Part shown: positions 18,700-29,467 of the stretch, in pieces
Numbering within the stretch: the stretch's first letter is position 1
How the letters are laid out: each line of letters begins with the position of its first letter
From: an uncultured delta proteobacterium
GTDB lineage: Bacteria; Desulfobacterota; Binatia; Binatales; Binataceae
NCBI GenBank assembly: GCA_963842085.1
Contig: CAWJET010000001.1
Coordinates: 2,811,103 to 2,875,102 of the forward strand
DNA length: 64,000 nt
Direction of reading: 5' to 3'
Translations under genes and position numbers: made by a program
Notes under the pieces: model-generated
Database searches by the model: none
Told to the model about the DNA's origin: nothing
Seen by the model: only the letters and a program-made list of their open reading frames with translations

Positions 18700-19080
18700 C
18701 TGTCGAAACAGCCTTTAGACCACAGTGACCAAGACGTAAGTAACATACTTTCCGAGGCGTCGGAACTACCTGTTGCGATAAATCGGCTTTCTCGCACAAT
18801 GGAAATCCACAGGTGGGCGCGACGATTCCAAGATTCAGCACGGCAAGCAACATTAATTTTGCTTGATTCAGAACGACCTTATTGTTAGAAATTTTTAATT
18901 CCCGAACGATGGCGCAGTGGCGCGGTTTGGGATTATTCAGTGAGAAACGCGTTTGCCTGGTTGAGTGGCATTGCCTTTTCTTAGGATACGGTTGGTTGTT
19001 CGACGATGAGTTCCGACTTGCCTGGCGTTTCATCGTTGAATCGCACTGAGCGGTCGTAGCCTCAGGGCCTGATCGTCAGC

Positions 19081-19599
19081 ATGAACCGGATATTGCTTGT
19101 ACTTGCCCTGTCGACGGTCCTTTTTGGCGGGGCCGTGATCGCGCTGTCGGAGCGGCCATGGGCGCCGCGCGCTGACGTAGTCCAGCCGATCCCGTTCAGC
19201 CATCGGATACACGCCGGGGAGAACAAGATTCCCTGTCAGTACTGTCATGCCGACGCCAGCCGCTCGTCCGAACCGGGGATTCCGGCGGTTAGAAGGTGCG
19301 TGGGATGCCATGGCGACCGCCTTGTGGGCGGCGGCGGAATCGAGCCGGTGACGCGGCCGTGGACGGACGACACGCCGGCGGCGTTCGAGATTCAGTGGAA
19401 TCGCGTTTACACACTGCCCGATTTCGTGCGGTTTACCCATCGGCCGCATATTCACGCCAAGGTGCAATGCCAGACTTGTCACGGCCCGGTGCAAACGATG
19501 GATCGGGTGGTGCCGGCGTTTGAAATCAACATGGGCTTCTGCGTGGACTGTCACACGAAAAAGAAAGCGACGCTCGACTGTGTGGACTGTCATCACTGA
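19081..19599 (+). CDS. actA: Alternative complex III subunit ActA (pentaheme cytochrome c)
   Basis: A signal/anchor helix and five CxxCH motifs (CQYCH, CVGCH, CQTCH, CVDCH, CVDCHH). Confidence 0.8.
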   Translation: MNRILLVLALSTVLFGGAVIALSERPWAPRADVVQPIPFSHRIHAGENKIPCQYCHADASRSSEPGIPAVRRCVGCHGDRLVGGGGIEPVTRPWTDDTPAAFEIQWNRVYTLPDFVRFTHRPHIHAKVQCQTCHGPVQTMDRVVPAFEINMGFCVDCHTKKKATLDCVDCHH

Positions 19600-22551
19600 G
19601 TGAGGAATCAGATGCGCGAGGGACCGTCGATTTCCAGGCGATCATTCATCAAGCTGGCCGCAACTGCGGGCGCGGCGGCGGCGATCCCTGGCTGCGAGCC
19701 GGCCGCGCGCAAGCTGATCCCATACGTGGTGCCCGATGAGAACGTAGTCCCCGGGGTCCCGAGTTTTTTTGCGACGACGTGTGCGGAGTGCCCGGCGGGA
19801 TGCGGCGTGGTGGCGCGAATCCGGGAAGGGCGGGTCGTCAAACTCGAGGGAAACCCCGCCGATCCGATCGGCCAAGGCACGTTGTGCGCGCGGGGGCAGG
19901 CGGCGCTGCAAGGCTTGTACAATCCGGACCGCCTGGCGCATCCGCAAATTCGCGGCGACAACGGCGCGCTGCGGACCGTGTCGTGGGACGAAGCGGAGAA
20001 AATGCTTGGTGACCGGCTGGCGGCGGCGTCGAAGGCGGGCAAGGATCGCGTCGCCTTCTTCGGTTCGCCGCATGGCCCGACTTTCAGGAAGATCGCACTT
20101 GCGGTGGTGGGCGCTTACGGTTCATCGCGCGCGATATTTTACGAGGCGGTCAATAATGAACCGGCGCGGGTCGCGGCGAAGACCCTCTTTGGCCGGCGCG
20201 ATCTGCCGGCCTATCGAATCGATCAGGCCGAAGTGCTGATTTCGTTCGGTGCGGATTTCCTCGAGACCTGGCAATCGCCGGTGGAACTGGCGCGCCAGTA
20301 CGCGCTGTTCCGCGCGCCGCAGAAGCGGCGCGGCACGCTGACTATCGGCCGCGCGACCTACGTTGGCCCGCGGCTCAGCATGACGGCGTCCAAGTGCGAC
20401 GACTGGATCGCGACGGCTCCGGGGGTGCAGGCCGACGTTGCGTGGAGTGTGCTCAACGTCCTGGTCAAGCAGCGTTGGATTTCGCAGAACTCGGGCTTCG
20501 ATCTCGACGCGCTGACCAGGGCGGTCGCGAATTTCGATCCGGCCGCCACCAGCACACGAACCGGCGTGCCGGTCGAGACTATTACCCGGCTGGGCGAGAT
20601 GTTCGGCAAGGCGGACGGCGCATTGGCGATTGCGGGCACCGACGATTCGTCGGCTCATCTGGCGGCGATGATCCTCAATGCGGTCACCGGCAACTTTGGC
20701 AGGACCGTAATGTTTTTCGAAGGCTCGCCGGCCGAAGAGACCAGCACGCCGGACGACGTGGACGCGGTGGTTGACGCGATGCGCGACGGCAATATCGATG
20801 TGGCATTGGTCGCGGGCGGGAATCCGGTCTTCACGATGCCGCCGTCGGCGCGAATGGCCGAAGCGCTACAGAAAGTTCCATTCGTCGTGTGGGCGGGAGG
20901 CGTGCCGGACGAGACTGCGGCGATGGCGAATCTCATTTTGCCGGCGCATCATCCGCTCGAATCATGGCGCGACACTGCGCCGCGCGCGGGAATCCGGGGG
21001 CTGGGTCAGCCGGTGATGCAGCCGGTGTTCGAGAGCAAGGCGGTCGGCGACATCCTGCTGGCGGCGGCGGCGAAATCGTTGAGCGCGAAGCTTCCGTGGG
21101 CGACTACGGCGGAAGCGGTCAAAGCTGAGTGGCTCGCGTTGGCTCCCAAAGCGGACAAGGCGGATCCCGAAGATTTCTGGGTGAAGGTGCGGCGCGAAGG
21201 CGGCCTGTTCGAGGAACAGCATCTTTCGGCGCTCAGCCTCGACACGTCTGCGTTCAAGGCGCCGGTGCCGACGGCGGCCCAGTCCGAACTTTCCGTTTAC
21301 GCCTACCCGCACATCTTCCTTTACGACGGGCGCGGCGCGGACAAGCCGTGGCTGCAGGAATTGCCCGAGCCGGTCACCCAGATCGTGTGGGACAGCTGGG
21401 CCGAGATCCATCCGGAGACCGCGCGCCAGCTCGGCGTCGCCAAGGACGACATTATCGAGATCAAAACGGAGCACGGCGCGATCGAGGCGCCGGTGCTGGT
21501 CGAGAGCACGGTGCGTCCCGGCGTGATCGCGGTTCCGCTCGGGCAGGGGCATCGCGCGTACGGCCGCTATGCAAAAGACGTCGGCGCAAATGCGTGGGCG
21601 ATAATGGCGGAGGGTGCGACCTATGCCGCCGCGACCGCGCGCGCGACCGGCAAGACGCGCACGCTCGTTTCGCCGCTCGGCAAGAGCGAGATGATGGGCC
21701 GTTCGATCATCGAGGCGATGAGTATCGAGCAGTTGGCGAACGGGGTGGTTCCCAAGAGCGAGGCGCAAGAGGTTACCGGGCCGTTCGAAATGTACCCGCG
21801 GTGGAAATATCCCACGCACAAGTGGGGCATGACCATCGACGTCAATGCGTGCACCGGTTGCAGCGCGTGCGTGACCGCGTGCTACGCGGAGAACAATGTT
21901 CCGTTTGTGGGCAAGCAAGGGGTTGATAACGGCCGAATCATGTCGTGGATCCGCATCGAGCGTTATTTCCCGGACGAAAAGGGCGCGGCGGAAGCGCCGC
22001 AACTCTACCTAGCGCCGATGCTGTGCCAGCAGTGCAATCACGCGCCGTGCGAGCCGGTCTGCCCGGTGTTCGCGTCGTATCACACCCGGGAAGGCCTCAA
22101 TGGCCAGATTTACAATCGATGCGTCGGTACGCGCTATTGCGAAAACAACTGTCCGTACAAGGTGCGCCGATTCAACTGGTTCGTGCCGGAGTGGCCCGCG
22201 CCGCTCAACCTGCAACTCAATCCCGACGTGACGGTGCGCGGCGCCGGGGTGATGGAGAAATGCACGTTCTGCATCCAGCGCATTCAGTTCGGCGAGCTCA
22301 ACGCGAAGACCGAGGATCGCCAGTTGCGCGACGGCGAGATCCTGACCGCGTGCCAGCAGACCTGCCCGACACGGGCAATCACGTTCGGCGACAGCGACGA
22401 TCCCGGCAGCGCAATGATGCGCCGGCGCGACGACAACAAGCTGCGCACCTATCGCGCGCTGGAAGAACTCAACACGCAACCGGCGATCACGTATCTGCGC
22501 TCTCTATCGCGAGAAAGGAAAGGCCTGAAGTGGCGGCGGCGCCGAAGGTAA
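19600..22551 (+). CDS. actB: Alternative complex III subunit ActB (molybdopterin-oxidoreductase-like domain fused to 4Fe-4S ferredoxin domain)
   Basis: A Tat signal (SRRSFIKLAATAGAAAA) and a molybdopterin-fold N-domain are followed by C-terminal poly-Cys ferredoxin motifs (CTGCSACVTAC, CQQCNHAPCEPVCP, CENNCPYK, CTFC). Confidence 0.85.
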   Translation: MRNQMREGPSISRRSFIKLAATAGAAAAIPGCEPAARKLIPYVVPDENVVPGVPSFFATTCAECPAGCGVVARIREGRVVKLEGNPADPIGQGTLCARGQAALQGLYNPDRLAHPQIRGDNGALRTVSWDEAEKMLGDRLAAASKAGKDRVAFFGSPHGPTFRKIALAVVGAYGSSRAIFYEAVNNEPARVAAKTLFGRRDLPAYRIDQAEVLISFGADFLETWQSPVELARQYALFRAPQKRRGTLTIGRATYVGPRLSMTASKCDDWIATAPGVQADVAWSVLNVLVKQRWISQNSGFDLDALTRAVANFDPAATSTRTGVPVETITRLGEMFGKADGALAIAGTDDSSAHLAAMILNAVTGNFGRTVMFFEGSPAEETSTPDDVDAVVDAMRDGNIDVALVAGGNPVFTMPPSARMAEALQKVPFVVWAGGVPDETAAMANLILPAHHPLESWRDTAPRAGIRGLGQPVMQPVFESKAVGDILLAAAAKSLSAKLPWATTAEAVKAEWLALAPKADKADPEDFWVKVRREGGLFEEQHLSALSLDTSAFKAPVPTAAQSELSVYAYPHIFLYDGRGADKPWLQELPEPVTQIVWDSWAEIHPETARQLGVAKDDIIEIKTEHGAIEAPVLVESTVRPGVIAVPLGQGHRAYGRYAKDVGANAWAIMAEGATYAAATARATGKTRTLVSPLGKSEMMGRSIIEAMSIEQLANGVVPKSEAQEVTGPFEMYPRWKYPTHKWGMTIDVNACTGCSACVTACYAENNVPFVGKQGVDNGRIMSWIRIERYFPDEKGAAEAPQLYLAPMLCQQCNHAPCEPVCPVFASYHTREGLNGQIYNRCVGTRYCENNCPYKVRRFNWFVPEWPAPLNLQLNPDVTVRGAGVMEKCTFCIQRIQFGELNAKTEDRQLRDGEILTACQQTCPTRAITFGDSDDPGSAMMRRRDDNKLRTYRALEELNTQPAITYLRSLSRERKGLKWRRRRR

Positions 22552-23888
22552 TCGCAGAGCCGACGTTCCGCGACATCGACCGCAGCGTGCGGCGAGTGAT
22601 GGAACCGGCGGGCCTCGCGTACTGGGCGTGGATCGGCTTCTGCTTCACGCTGGTGGCGATCGCGGCGGCTTTGTGGTTGCGGCAGATCTATACCGGGCTG
22701 GGCGTGACGGGTCTTCGCCAGCCGGTGATGTGGGCGATCTACATTACCAACTTCGTTTTCTGGGTCGGGATCGCGCATTCGGGAACGTTGATCTCCGCGA
22801 TTTTGTTCCTGTTCCGCACCAAGTGGCGCACCGCGGTTTATCGCGCCGCGGAGACGATGACGATATTCGCGGTCGCGACGGCGGGACTGTTCCCATTAGT
22901 CCATCTTGGCCGCGTGTGGTTTTTCTACTGGTTATTGCCATACCCCAATGAGCGATCGCTGCAACCCGATTTCCGCTCGCCATTGGTATGGGACGCTTTC
23001 GCAGTTAGTACCTATCTGACTATCAGCGCGCTGTTCTGGACGATGGGACTGATTCCCGACATCGCCAACGCGCGCGAGGCCGCGACCGGATGGCGCAAGA
23101 AGTTCTACACGGTGCTGGCGATGGGCTGGCAGGGAACCGACCGGCAGTGGCGGCATTACTCGATGGCGTACCTGCTGATGGCGGGCCTGGCGACTCCGCT
23201 GGTGATCTCGGTTCACTCGGTGGTGTCGTGGGACTTCGCGATGGCGCAACTGCCGGGCTGGCACAGCACGATCTTCGCGCCATACTTTGTCGCCGGCGCG
23301 ATCTTTTCCGGCGTCGCGATGGTTATCACGCTGCTGGTCCCGATGCGCAAGCTGCTGGGCATCGAGGACCTGCTGACCGAGTGGCATTTCGACAATCTGG
23401 CGAAGGTCATCCTGCTGACCTCGCTGATCGTTTCGTACTCGTACATTACTGAAACGTTCATGGCCTGGTACTCGGGCGACAAGATCGAGCAGATGACGTT
23501 TCACATGCGCTACTTCGGGCCGTGGGGTCCGCTGTTCTGGGTAATGGTTTTGTGCAACTGCCTGATACCACTGTTGCTATTTTCACCGCGCATCCGGGTT
23601 AACCTGACGGCGCTCTGGATAATCTCAATTTTCGTGAACATCGGGATGTGGCTCGAGCGCTTCGTGATCATCGCGGGCTCGCTCCGGGTGAACTTCGAGC
23701 CTTCGCAGTGGGGCCCCTACCATCCGTCGATCACTGAAATCATGATCACGGTCGGCAGCTTCGCGTGGTTCGTGGGGCTGTTCTCTCTGTTCTCCAGGTT
23801 CCTGCCGATCTTCTCGATGACGGAACTCAAGGAAGGAATCGTCTGGCTGCGGAAGGCGCTGAAGATGGATCGGGTCAAAGCCGCATGA
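22529..23888 (+). CDS. actC: Alternative complex III subunit ActC (NrfD/PsrC-like quinol-interacting membrane subunit)
   Basis: A polytopic NrfD-like membrane protein. A GTG start at 22529 is preceded by a GAAAGGAAAGG ribosome-binding site, overlaps the actB end, and lies in the same frame as the tracked ORF. Confidence 0.75.
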
Positions 23889-24397
23889 GCACGGTTGCGA
23901 TCATAAGTTCGTTCGCGGATGACGCTCAATGCGCGCAAGCGATCGAGGAGCTGCGCGCGGCGCAGGTTGGCGACTTCAATACCTTCTCGCCGATACCGAG
24001 CCATCGGATCGAGCATGCAATCGGCCGGAAAAAGAGCCCGGTGCGGTGGCTGGTGCTGGCGGGTGGAATTTCAGGCGTTCTGACCGGGCTCGCGATCACG
24101 ATTGGAACGACTTACGAGTGGCGCCTCAATGCGGGCGGCAAGCCGCTGCTGTCGTGGCCGCCGTTCATCGTGATCTGCTTCGAATTGATGGTCCTGCTGG
24201 GCGGAATCTTCGGCTTCTTCGGAGTGCTGGGGCTTGCGGGTGTGCCCACGACCGAGTCGGCGCCAGGCTACGAGGGGCGCTTCGGCGAGGATCGATTCGG
24301 GATCGTGGTTCGATGCGACGAGGCGGAAGCGGAGCGCGTCGAGTCGATGCTGAAGGAATCGGGTGCGGAAGAGGTCATGCGTGAAGGTGTCCGGTAA
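23885..24397 (+). CDS. actD: Alternative complex III subunit ActD (small two-TM membrane protein)
   Basis: The ATG overlaps the actC stop (ATGA). Two predicted TM helices, consistent with ActD size and position. Confidence 0.6.
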   Translation: MSTVAIISSFADDAQCAQAIEELRAAQVGDFNTFSPIPSHRIEHAIGRKKSPVRWLVLAGGISGVLTGLAITIGTTYEWRLNAGGKPLLSWPPFIVICFELMVLLGGIFGFFGVLGLAGVPTTESAPGYEGRFGEDRFGIVVRCDEAEAERVESMLKESGAEEVMREGVR

Positions 24398-24403
24398 ACC
24401 GCG

Positions 24404-25624
24404 ATGAGCACTAATCTTCAACCGGCGCATCGCGAGCGCGCAGAGACGAAGCCGCGGCCGGTGGAGTCGGTGGCCGGCGCGACAATGCAGACAGTCGCGG
24501 CCGCGATGATCGCGCTGGGTGCGATCGCGTTTGCGTTGGCGCTGACGCGGGGCGGCGCCGCTGTCGCATGGGAAGCCTATCTCGTCAACTTGCTGTTCTT
24601 CCTCGGCGTCGCGCAGGGTGCGCTGGTCGCATCCGCGGCGTTCTACCTGACGCAGGCGAAGTGGGGCGGTTCGACGCCGTATCGGCTCGGCGAGGCGTTC
24701 GCGCCATTTCTGTGGGTCGGATTTTTTCTGTTTTTTGGATTGTACTTCGGCCGCAGCCTGATTTTTCCGTGGGTGACGCATCCGATTCCGCAGAAGGCCG
24801 CGTGGCTGAACACTCCGTTTCTCTTCGCGCGCGATGGAATCGGGCTCGGCGCCATGGCTGCGGCGAGCTTCGCGTTTGTCCGCGTCTCGCGTGGCGATGA
24901 CGCACGGGCGTGGACGACTGCGACCGCCGACATCGAGTTGCCGCCGCATTCGATACGGGTGCTCGCTCCGCTGGTCGCGGTCCTGTTCGCGGTGGTCTAC
25001 TCGCTGATCGCATTCGATCTGGTCATGTCGCTCGCGCCGGTGTGGCGCAGCACACTTTTCGGCTGGTACTTTTTCGCCGGCGCATTCTGGAGCGGATTGA
25101 CCGCGATGGCTCTCACAGCGGTCGTGTTGCGCGGCCGCCTGGGCGAGAACAACCTGTTCACCAATCCCGTCGTCATGCACGACTTCGGCAAGATGGTCTT
25201 CGCGTTCTCCGTGTTCTGGATATACCTGATGTTCGCGCAGTACATCGTGATCTGGTACGGCGACATCCCGGTCGAAACTTTCTTCATCGTTCAGCGGGTA
25301 CATCATATGCCGTGGTCGCCGCTATCGGTGGCGTGCCTGGTGCTGATCTGGCTGATTCCGTTTACCGTGCTGATGAGCGTGCGGGCCAAGAAGGCGCCGG
25401 CGATTCTCGGCACAGTGGCCGGGCTGGGGCTGGTCGGGATGTGGCTCGAGCGTTACGTGCTGGTGGTGCCGTCGCTGTCGCTCGACGCGATCCCGTTTGG
25501 GCCGACGCAATTTCTGATCACGCTTGGTTTTTTGGGCGCATTTCTCATTTCGGCAGTGCCGGGACTGAACCGCGTCGCGCAGGCCGCGACCTCGGGCGAA
25601 CCCGTCGGAGATGATCCGGAATGA
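24404..25624 (+). CDS. actF: Alternative complex III subunit ActF (second NrfD-like membrane subunit)
   Basis: A 406-aa polytopic protein paralogous in architecture to ActC. No monoheme ActE gene lies between actD and actF. Confidence 0.7.
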   Translation: MSTNLQPAHRERAETKPRPVESVAGATMQTVAAAMIALGAIAFALALTRGGAAVAWEAYLVNLLFFLGVAQGALVASAAFYLTQAKWGGSTPYRLGEAFAPFLWVGFFLFFGLYFGRSLIFPWVTHPIPQKAAWLNTPFLFARDGIGLGAMAAASFAFVRVSRGDDARAWTTATADIELPPHSIRVLAPLVAVLFAVVYSLIAFDLVMSLAPVWRSTLFGWYFFAGAFWSGLTAMALTAVVLRGRLGENNLFTNPVVMHDFGKMVFAFSVFWIYLMFAQYIVIWYGDIPVETFFIVQRVHHMPWSPLSVACLVLIWLIPFTVLMSVRAKKAPAILGTVAGLGLVGMWLERYVLVVPSLSLDAIPFGPTQFLITLGFLGAFLISAVPGLNRVAQAATSGEPVGDDPE

Positions 25625-26649
25625 TCCGGCGCGGTTCAAACAAGTATTCGATCGCCTCAGTAGCTATGCGAGTGGCTATTGCACTGACTATTGCGGGATG
25701 CTCGGCGACGGACCGTCCGATGACAACGCTGGCGCCGAAATCGGACCTGGCGCAGTGGATTCACAGTCTCTTCATAGATGTGACGATCTGGGACGGGATC
25801 ATCCTGGCGATCGTGGTCGCCGCATTCATCCTCGCGGTGTTCGTCTTTTCTTCTCGCGTAGGCGAAGCGGCGCCACCCTCGACCGCGTCGTCCGACCTCG
25901 GCCTGGAAATAGCGTGGACGGTGGGCCCCGCGCTGGTGTTGTTGATGATCTCGGTGCCGACGATACGGACGATCTTTCGCTCGCAGCCGGCGGTTGCGCC
26001 TGCTGGAGCGCTGGAGATCAAAGTAGTCGCGCATCAATGGTGGTGGGAGTTCGACTATCCGGACGGCGTGAAGACCGGTAACGAACTGCATATCGCCGTC
26101 AACCGGCCGATTCGCCTGTCACTGGAATCGGCCGACATCATCCACAGCTTCTGGGTGCCGCAACTGGGCGGCAAACGCGACGTGGTGCCGGGCCAAATCA
26201 ATGAGCTGACATTCGTCGCGACGGTAACCGGAATGTATCCGGGGCAATGTGCCGAGTTTTGCGGCCTGTCGCATGCGAACATGCGCTTTCGAGTGTTCGT
26301 CGATTCGCCGGAAGGGTTCGCGATGTGGGACAAGGCGCAACTTGCCGGCCCGGTCGCGCCACCGGCGAGCGATCAGTTGGCGTCGGACGGCGCGAAGATT
26401 TTCGCCGACAGTCCGTGCACGACCTGCCACATGATCAAGGGCGTCTCGAAGGGATATATCGGCCCTGACCTGACGCATTTCGGCAGCCGCACAACGCTGG
26501 CCGCCGGAGTGCTGAAGAACACGCCCGAGAACGTCGCCCAGTGGATCCAGGATCCGCAGGAAATCAAGCCGGGCGCGAATATGCCGGCGCTGCTGTTGCC
26601 AGGGCCAAAGATGAACGCCCTGGTCGCGTATCTCGAGAGTCTCAAATAG
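25621..26649 (+). CDS. coxB: Cytochrome c oxidase subunit II fused to a C-terminal cytochrome c domain (caa3-type)
   Basis: A CuA site (HSFWVPQLGGKRD, CAEFCGLSHANM) and a C-terminal CTTCH heme c motif are present. The ATG overlaps the actF stop. Confidence 0.9.
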   Translation: MIRRGSNKYSIASVAMRVAIALTIAGCSATDRPMTTLAPKSDLAQWIHSLFIDVTIWDGIILAIVVAAFILAVFVFSSRVGEAAPPSTASSDLGLEIAWTVGPALVLLMISVPTIRTIFRSQPAVAPAGALEIKVVAHQWWWEFDYPDGVKTGNELHIAVNRPIRLSLESADIIHSFWVPQLGGKRDVVPGQINELTFVATVTGMYPGQCAEFCGLSHANMRFRVFVDSPEGFAMWDKAQLAGPVAPPASDQLASDGAKIFADSPCTTCHMIKGVSKGYIGPDLTHFGSRTTLAAGVLKNTPENVAQWIQDPQEIKPGANMPALLLPGPKMNALVAYLESLK

Positions 26650-26659
26650 GGAGCGTCCA

Positions 26660-29134
26660 ATGGCCGCCCAGCCGAAACCATTGCCAGTGCGTCAGCCGAG
26701 CTACCTCGAAGGTGGCGGAATACTCGGATGGCTGACGACGATCGATCACAAGCGCGTCGCGGTCATGTACCTCGCCAGCGCGCTGTTCTTCATGGCGTTC
26801 GGCGGACTCGAAGCGATGGCGATTCGCGTACAGTTGTGGCGTCCCGACAATCACGCGCTGTCGGCGGCGACCTACAACGCATTTTTCACGATGCACGGGA
26901 CGACGATGGTCTTCCTGGTCGTCATGCCGCTGCTGCTCGGCTTCATGGGCAACTTCCTGATCCCGCTGCAGATCGGCGCGCGCGACGTGGCGTTTCCGCG
27001 GCTCAACGCGCTGAGCTTCTGGCTCGCCCTGAGCGGAGGCATACTGCTCCATCTCGGCTGGATTCGCGGCGGACTTCCCGATGCGGGATGGTTCGGTTAT
27101 GCGAACCTGACCGAACGGTACTTCACGCCGGGCCTGGCGATCGACTGGTGGGTGATCGGGCTGCTGGTGTTAGGCACTTCGACCGTCCTTACGGGCCTGA
27201 ACTTCCTGACGACGATCATTGCGATGCGCGCGCCGGGCATGACGTACATGCGGATGCCGATGTTCATCTGGGCGCAATTGGTGACGTCGATCCTGATCTT
27301 GATCGCGTTTCCCCCGCTCACGATCGGGCTGATCTTTCTGCTCTTCGATCGCTTCTTCGGCACGCATTTCTACATCGCGACGGCGGGCGCCACGCCCATC
27401 CTGTGGCAGCATCTGTTCTGGCTGTTCGGTCATCCCGAAGTGTACATCATGGCGCTGCCGGCCTTTGGAGTCATCTCGGAAGTCATTCCGGCGTTTTCGC
27501 GCAAGCCGCTGTTCGGCTATCCGATGATGGCCTATTCGATTTGCCTGATCGCATTTCTGTCGTACGGCGTGTGGGGCCATCACATGTTCGCGACCGGGAT
27601 GGGCCCGGTTGCGGACTCGGCATTCGCGATCACCTCGATGCTCATCGCGATCCCGACCGGGGTGAAAATTTTCAGCTGGATCGCGACGGTCTGGGGCGGC
27701 TCGCTGCGCATGACGACCGCATTCTATTTCGCGCTTGGGATGATCCTCGAGTTCACGATCGGCGGACTCAGCGGAATCATGCACGCGTCGGCGCCGATCG
27801 ATCTTCAGCAGACGGACTCGTACTTTGTCGTCGCGCACTTTCACTACGTGCTGTTCGGCGGGGTGATGTTCGCGATCCTGGCGGGGTTCTATTACTGGTG
27901 GCCGAAGATAACCGGCCGCATGCTCGGCGAGCGGCTTGGCAAGTGGCAGTTCTGGGTAACGGTAGTCGGATTCAACCTTACGTTTTTCCCGATGCATTTT
28001 CTCGGGATGTGGGGGATGCCGCGGCGCACCTACACCTACGGCGCCGACCTGGGCTGGACGCAGCTCAACCAGCTCGAGACGATCGGCGCGTTCATTCTCG
28101 GCATCGCGTTCCTGCTTTTCTACTTCAATATTTTCAGGAGTCTCGCCAGTGGAGAGCAGGCGCCCGCGGATCCATGGGACGGACGCAGCCTCGAATGGTC
28201 CACGCCGTCGCCGCCGCCGGCGTACAACTTCGCGACCCTTCCGCAAATCCGCGGCCGCGACGCGTGGTGGGTTCTCAAGTACGGGCGCGCCGGCTCGCGC
28301 GGCGTTGCCGCCTACATGTCGGGGCAGGCGCCGTCGCAACCGCGGTCGGGCGAGCCGCCCTCCGTCGAGCACATCCACATGCCGGCGCCTTCGATCTTCC
28401 CGCTGGTACTGAGTCTTGGCGTCGGGATGATGGGCCTTGGTCTCATCATCGACTGGTACCGCATCGTGCTCATCGGCGCGGCGGACGTGGTCCTGTCGAT
28501 TATCGGGATGGGATTCGAGTACGCGAACTTCGGCGAAGAATCGCACGACCCCGAGCACGCGCCCTCGTCTGGTGGAATCGACGTGCGCAAGATCGGCATC
28601 TGGTCGTTCATCGGCTCGGAGTGCGTGTTCTTCGCCAGCCTGATCTCGACCTTCATCGTTTACAAATCGCGCAGCGTTACCGGGCCGGGGCCGGAAATCC
28701 TCAACATCCCGCTGACTTCGTTCAGCACCTTCATCCTGCTGATGAGTTCACTGCTGATGGTGCTGGCGCTGGCGGCCACCCAGCGCGGCGACAAGCTATG
28801 GACGCGAATCTGGCTCGGCGGCACGGTCACGTTCGGGCTGATTTTTCTTTGCGGGCAGGTTTACGAGTTCACCAGCTTCTACCGCGAAGGCATGGGACTG
28901 ACGACCAACCTGTTCTCGCAGTCGTTCTTCGTCCTGGTCGGATTTCACGGTGCGCACGTTGCGATCGGAGTGATGTGGCTGTCGGTCCTGTTGATCGCGG
29001 CGATGACGGGCAAGCTCGGCAAGTCGCGCGCGCTGTCGGTCGAGCTCGCGGGACTTTACTGGCATTTCGTCGACGTCGTGTGGATCATCATATTTACTCT
29101 CGTCTATCTGATGCAGGCGGTGCCCGGAGCATGA
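26660..29134 (+). CDS. coxA: Cytochrome c oxidase subunit I fused to subunit III (caa3-type CoxA/CoxC fusion)
   Basis: At 824 aa it carries COX1 motifs (WFFGHPEVY region, HHMF) followed by a COX3-like seven-TM C-terminal domain. Confidence 0.9.
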   Translation: MAAQPKPLPVRQPSYLEGGGILGWLTTIDHKRVAVMYLASALFFMAFGGLEAMAIRVQLWRPDNHALSAATYNAFFTMHGTTMVFLVVMPLLLGFMGNFLIPLQIGARDVAFPRLNALSFWLALSGGILLHLGWIRGGLPDAGWFGYANLTERYFTPGLAIDWWVIGLLVLGTSTVLTGLNFLTTIIAMRAPGMTYMRMPMFIWAQLVTSILILIAFPPLTIGLIFLLFDRFFGTHFYIATAGATPILWQHLFWLFGHPEVYIMALPAFGVISEVIPAFSRKPLFGYPMMAYSICLIAFLSYGVWGHHMFATGMGPVADSAFAITSMLIAIPTGVKIFSWIATVWGGSLRMTTAFYFALGMILEFTIGGLSGIMHASAPIDLQQTDSYFVVAHFHYVLFGGVMFAILAGFYYWWPKITGRMLGERLGKWQFWVTVVGFNLTFFPMHFLGMWGMPRRTYTYGADLGWTQLNQLETIGAFILGIAFLLFYFNIFRSLASGEQAPADPWDGRSLEWSTPSPPPAYNFATLPQIRGRDAWWVLKYGRAGSRGVAAYMSGQAPSQPRSGEPPSVEHIHMPAPSIFPLVLSLGVGMMGLGLIIDWYRIVLIGAADVVLSIIGMGFEYANFGEESHDPEHAPSSGGIDVRKIGIWSFIGSECVFFASLISTFIVYKSRSVTGPGPEILNIPLTSFSTFILLMSSLLMVLALAATQRGDKLWTRIWLGGTVTFGLIFLCGQVYEFTSFYREGMGLTTNLFSQSFFVLVGFHGAHVAIGVMWLSVLLIAAMTGKLGKSRALSVELAGLYWHFVDVVWIIIFTLVYLMQAVPGA

Positions 29135-29460
29135 GCGAGATTGCAGATACCCACGGCGGGCAGGTTCATCATCCCGGCGCGGCGACGTATCTGATCATCG
29201 CCGCGTTCCTGGTGGTGTTGACGGCGATGGAGGTCACCGTGTTCTACCTGCACGCACTGCGTCCCGTGCTGGTGCCGGTATTGATCGTTCTGGCCGCGGC
29301 CAAGTTCGCATTGGTCGCGATGTTCTATATGCACTTGAAGTACGACGGATGGCTGCTGACGGGCGTGTTCATCTTCCCGCTGATGATGGCGACGCTCCTG
29401 CTGATCTCGCTGATCCTGCTCTTCGCGTATTTGTTGCATCACATGGCGCCGATCGGATAG
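29131..29460 (+). CDS. coxD: Cytochrome c oxidase subunit IV (prokaryotic small subunit)
   Basis: A 109-aa three-TM protein. The ATG overlaps the coxA stop (ATGA). It is hidden in the ORF track inside a 910-aa wrong-frame ORF. Confidence 0.65.
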   Translation: MSEIADTHGGQVHHPGAATYLIIAAFLVVLTAMEVTVFYLHALRPVLVPVLIVLAAAKFALVAMFYMHLKYDGWLLTGVFIFPLMMATLLLISLILLFAYLLHHMAPIG

Positions 29461-29467
29461 GGCAGTT

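Noticed and set aside
18638-19033. 131-aa ORF in the low-GC spacer upstream of actA
   Set aside because: Its composition (Asn/Lys/Ser-rich, poly-N) is unlike any other protein in the window, and it lies wholly in the divergent promoter region. It is treated as non-coding.
24398-24403. Possible missing actE (monoheme cytochrome c) between actD and actF
   Set aside because: Only 6 nt separate actD and actF, and no CxxCH-containing ORF of ActE size exists in the operon. The absence is real in this window and is reported as a finding rather than a feature.
26728-29460. 910-aa ORF overlapping coxA in another frame
   Set aside because: Arg/Gly/Asp-rich low-complexity translation typical of out-of-frame reading of high-GC DNA. 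The real coxA frame has canonical COX1/COX3 motifs. Only its last about 110 codons (29131-29460) are genuine, as coxD.
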